Assembly (NCBI GenBank): GCA_047495785.1
Contig: JBLDXI010000028.1
Location: forward strand, 248,001 to 312,000
Reading direction: 5' to 3'
DNA: 64,000 nt
DNA from: Lepidodermella squamata
Lineage: Eukaryota; Animalia; Gastrotricha
Part shown: positions 61,150 through 64,000 of the stretch, one piece after another
Layout: each line of letters starts with the position of its first letter
Position numbering within the stretch: the stretch's first letter is position 1
Program-made: the position numbers and the translations under genes
The notes under the pieces: generated by a model
What the model was told of the DNA's origin: nothing
The model's database searches: none
The model's input: only the letters and a program-made list of their open reading frames with translations

Positions 61150-61468
61150 CAGGGTGTTCAAGAAATAAAATCTAATCTAATTATAGAATGAACTTTAACC
61201 AGACAGCACGCGATACGAATTTTCAAATTTAGAAAGAAACTGGACGGCGTGTTACTCGAGTTTTTGAACTAGTTCAAAAACACGTCTTTCTTGAATAGTT
61301 TCGCGTCAATATTCAATCATTTTTAGGGACAAAGTATTTAAACCTTTGAAACTGAAAAATTGAAGTTCAGTAAGACGAGAAAGAAAATGCGTGCCCAGTT
61401 CAACAGATGTCACTCGTTCAAAGTTCAATGCTAAATATAGAGCTAGCCATTATTTCTTGAACACCCTG
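61150..61468. mobile_element. Tc1/mariner-type MITE
   Basis: TA-CAGGGTGTTCAAGAAATAA...TTATTTCTTGAACACCCTG-TA. Confidence 0.88.
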
Positions 61469-62317
61469 TATGTGTTCTCCCATATTTACGTTGTGATTTT
61501 ACTGCAATAGATTTAGGTACGCGAAGAGTTAATTTTTTTCTGGTGCAAATTGTTGGATAAAACTGAGAAAGGAAATTCGTAAACAAAATATACAAGTAAA
61601 AAGTAAAAAAAAACTTGGGAGAGTTTCGAACGGATGAAACTATTAGTAGTCTGCCTAAGAATTGACGAAAAGCCGAGAGGGAATAATTTATTAAAAAATG
61701 TCACCCATTGGCTCTCAACACAAATTTTCGCTAGCGAATCAATTTGGGGAGGCATTTATTCAATTTAATTCAATTTAATTTAAGGAGGATGAATACTATT
61801 AAAATTCGGAAAATAATAGATTTCGAAATCAATTACTAGGTACTTAATTTCAATATATCAGTTAACGGGTGGAACAGAAATAAACTAAATTCCTGATTTG
61901 TTCGCTAGTTTTCCATGCTACATCCATCAAAGATTTGGTCAAATTAGATTTGGTCAACATGTCTAAAGTACAGGCCCCCGGTTTTCAGCGGGATTTTCGT
62001 TTACATTCAAATCGAAGCCATCCATAGTCAATAAAGTCGCAGTAAAGGTAGATTCTGAGCTATCAGATTTACTCGGTGTAACTATTAGGGGCTTAGACTA
62101 TCAAGGCAAGGAATTAGCGATTCCACTCAGACACCAGACACAATCTCACTATTTAAAGTCTTTATCAGTCTATTTCGCTGGACGTTGTCAAAAGTAGCCG
62201 GCGAAAGAAGTTGGTTGTTGTAAAAATTGATGTGGAAATTTTTGTTTACCAAATTTAAAATATCTGGATTTCTGAATTTAGGAAATGCCCACTTGATTAT
62301 AAAAGTAAGGGTCTTAC

Positions 62318-62639
62318 TTTTAGCGGAACCAAATTTCACTGTTGCGGAACCAAATTTTGGAATTTTCAATGGGCCTAAAACCCATTTTCGAAGCTTTTAA
62401 GGATGTTAGGAGTGATCGACATAATTTAAAATAAATTATCTTTGAATTCAGCGTGAAATTCCGTATATGACACATTCTTCACCATTGCCTTAATTTCGTG
62501 GAATTATTCGAAAAGCGACCTTTTTCCTATCTAAAATTAGGTTCCGCAACATGCGGTACCATGGTACGTCTCATGGCGGATTTGGTTCCGCTACAGCCAC
62601 ATTTGGTTCTGCAACTGGCGAATTTGGTTCCGCTAAAAG
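62318..62639. mobile_element. MITE-like element with GCGGAACCAAAT motifs; related fragment at ~55101-55172
   Basis: CTTTTAGCGGAACCAAAT and its reverse complement at the ends, with repeated subterminal copies. Confidence 0.65.
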
Positions 62640-63260
62640 ATATTCTGTAAAAGTAACATGGCTATAAAAATGCTAAATCCGCGTTCGTAGGTTTCACAAA
62701 GTTTTTCGCAAAATGCTAAGTTGGAATAAGTTGGGCCCACGACAGAGCGAGCCAAAAATGTCAAAAAGAATTATTCTAAATTACGGCTTTATTGACAAAA
62801 ATAGTAACGCTTACCTGTAGCATTAGGCAAAATCTTGGGCAAAATAAATAAAAATTTCTACTTGGGTAGAATGCGCCGTACAAGCCTTCATTAGTCCAGA
62901 TAATGCTGTGCAATATCGCATTTTTGGACTAACCCAGCAAAATTGTCTATAACATTATGGCGGTTCTTGACGCCGTTCTGCTATCGCTAATTGCATGCGA
63001 GGCTGAAAGATTGTCGTAAAAAAAGTGCGTGGACAATAATTGAAATGAGCACGGCCGAACATCGCACGCGTTGTAGTCACCGTCACCTCGAAGACGCGCG
63101 AAAATTCATGGCAATTATTATCAGGCTCCTATATTGCGCAATCATCACGCTGCTAATATTTAAAAGCAGCAAAAACCACCTGTATACATCTTGTCGATTA
63201 GTTTTTTCATATACTTTTTTTCACAGTCGCAGAATCGCAGTAGTGACGTTTGCGTGAATC

Positions 63261-64000
63261 ATGGTGACGCGAATGGATGTGTTTGCCGTCACTGGTTTCG
63301 TTTTGCTGATTTTCTACCTCGTTGCCGTGAAGAGCGATCCTACATGTGAGAATTTGCCTGAAAATATCCTATCCAAATTAGATATAACTCGTTTACTTAT
63401 TTATCATTTTTATATCCTGTGCTATAATGGGAAGAACAGTTGTTCATCATATGCATTGCAATTTTTGGTTCTACGACAAATTAGCCAGAATTTTACAGTC
63501 AACGACAACTCAGCTAAAATTCAAAGTTTAATTTTAAATAAATTAAAACGACATTGCAGCCAAAACTCAGCCGAAAATTCATTAATGTCATAAAAATGGG
63601 CAATTAATTGCGTAATATCAATCAAATGGTTCGAGAGGGCGTCTGGGAACGATCGCAGACCCGGCGGAATAAATTCTAATAATTTAAAAAACTTGTCAAT
63701 TCCTAATTGTTATGTTATTTTGCAGTTCGATGCATCGACTCGGTGACCTTGGCCTTTGTCGGCTGTCGCCCAGCATGCCAGGAGCAACTCGGCGAGACGC
63801 CACTGGGTCCAGCATTAGAGAACGAGAACTTTTGCCGCTTTGGGGTCGGTTTTGCGAAAACCTAAAACAATTGAAATTAAGAATTTTAATCGTATTTCAA
63901 TCGCTTGCTTTTAAATTGCCTAAATGAACTATTGATTAATTATTTCAAATTATTACTGTGTTCCGTTTTTAGATTGCGTATGGATGCTATGAGGGTGAAG
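63261..64000 (+). CDS. Secreted Cys-rich protein, probable relative of 60227-61036 (partial, runs off window)
   Basis: Exons 63261-63345, 63726-63844, 63973->64000. Signal peptide exon with a phase-1 intron, then FRCIDSVTLAFVGCRPAC. Confidence 0.65.

Overview
Eukaryotic (invertebrate metazoan) genomic DNA with GT-AG introns, many only ~45-60 nt long, AT-rich introns and no obvious CpG depletion. I hand-spliced 14 complete gene models and one partial one; every multi-exon model closes in frame. Left part: two tandem catalytically dead trypsin-family genes, an Rx-like Q50 paired-class homeobox gene, and a secreted MAM-like/astacin/Cys-rich metalloprotease. These are followed by the most unusual locus, a minus-strand gene of about 881 aa that fuses a NEK-like Ser/Thr kinase to a TRAFAC P-loop GTPase and an RBR-RING2(Rcat)-like Cys motif. 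Next is a NIT-type membrane guanylate-cyclase homologue that has lost its catalytic residues. The centre is a tightly packed housekeeping block, operon-like and divergently arranged: NUP42>CARS1>RNF126/115>C1orf43>BTBD1/2 on minus and SETD3>INTS3 on plus. The right part holds a kinase-only paralogue of the fusion kinase with identical intron positions, a 3.3-kb TTAA-flanked piggyBac-type element, and two related secreted Cys-rich orphan genes that the ORF track misses. Introns contain many non-autonomous DNA transposons, including a three-level nested MITE stack whose empty site is visible elsewhere in the window. All calls come from motif recognition by eye; no database searches were run.
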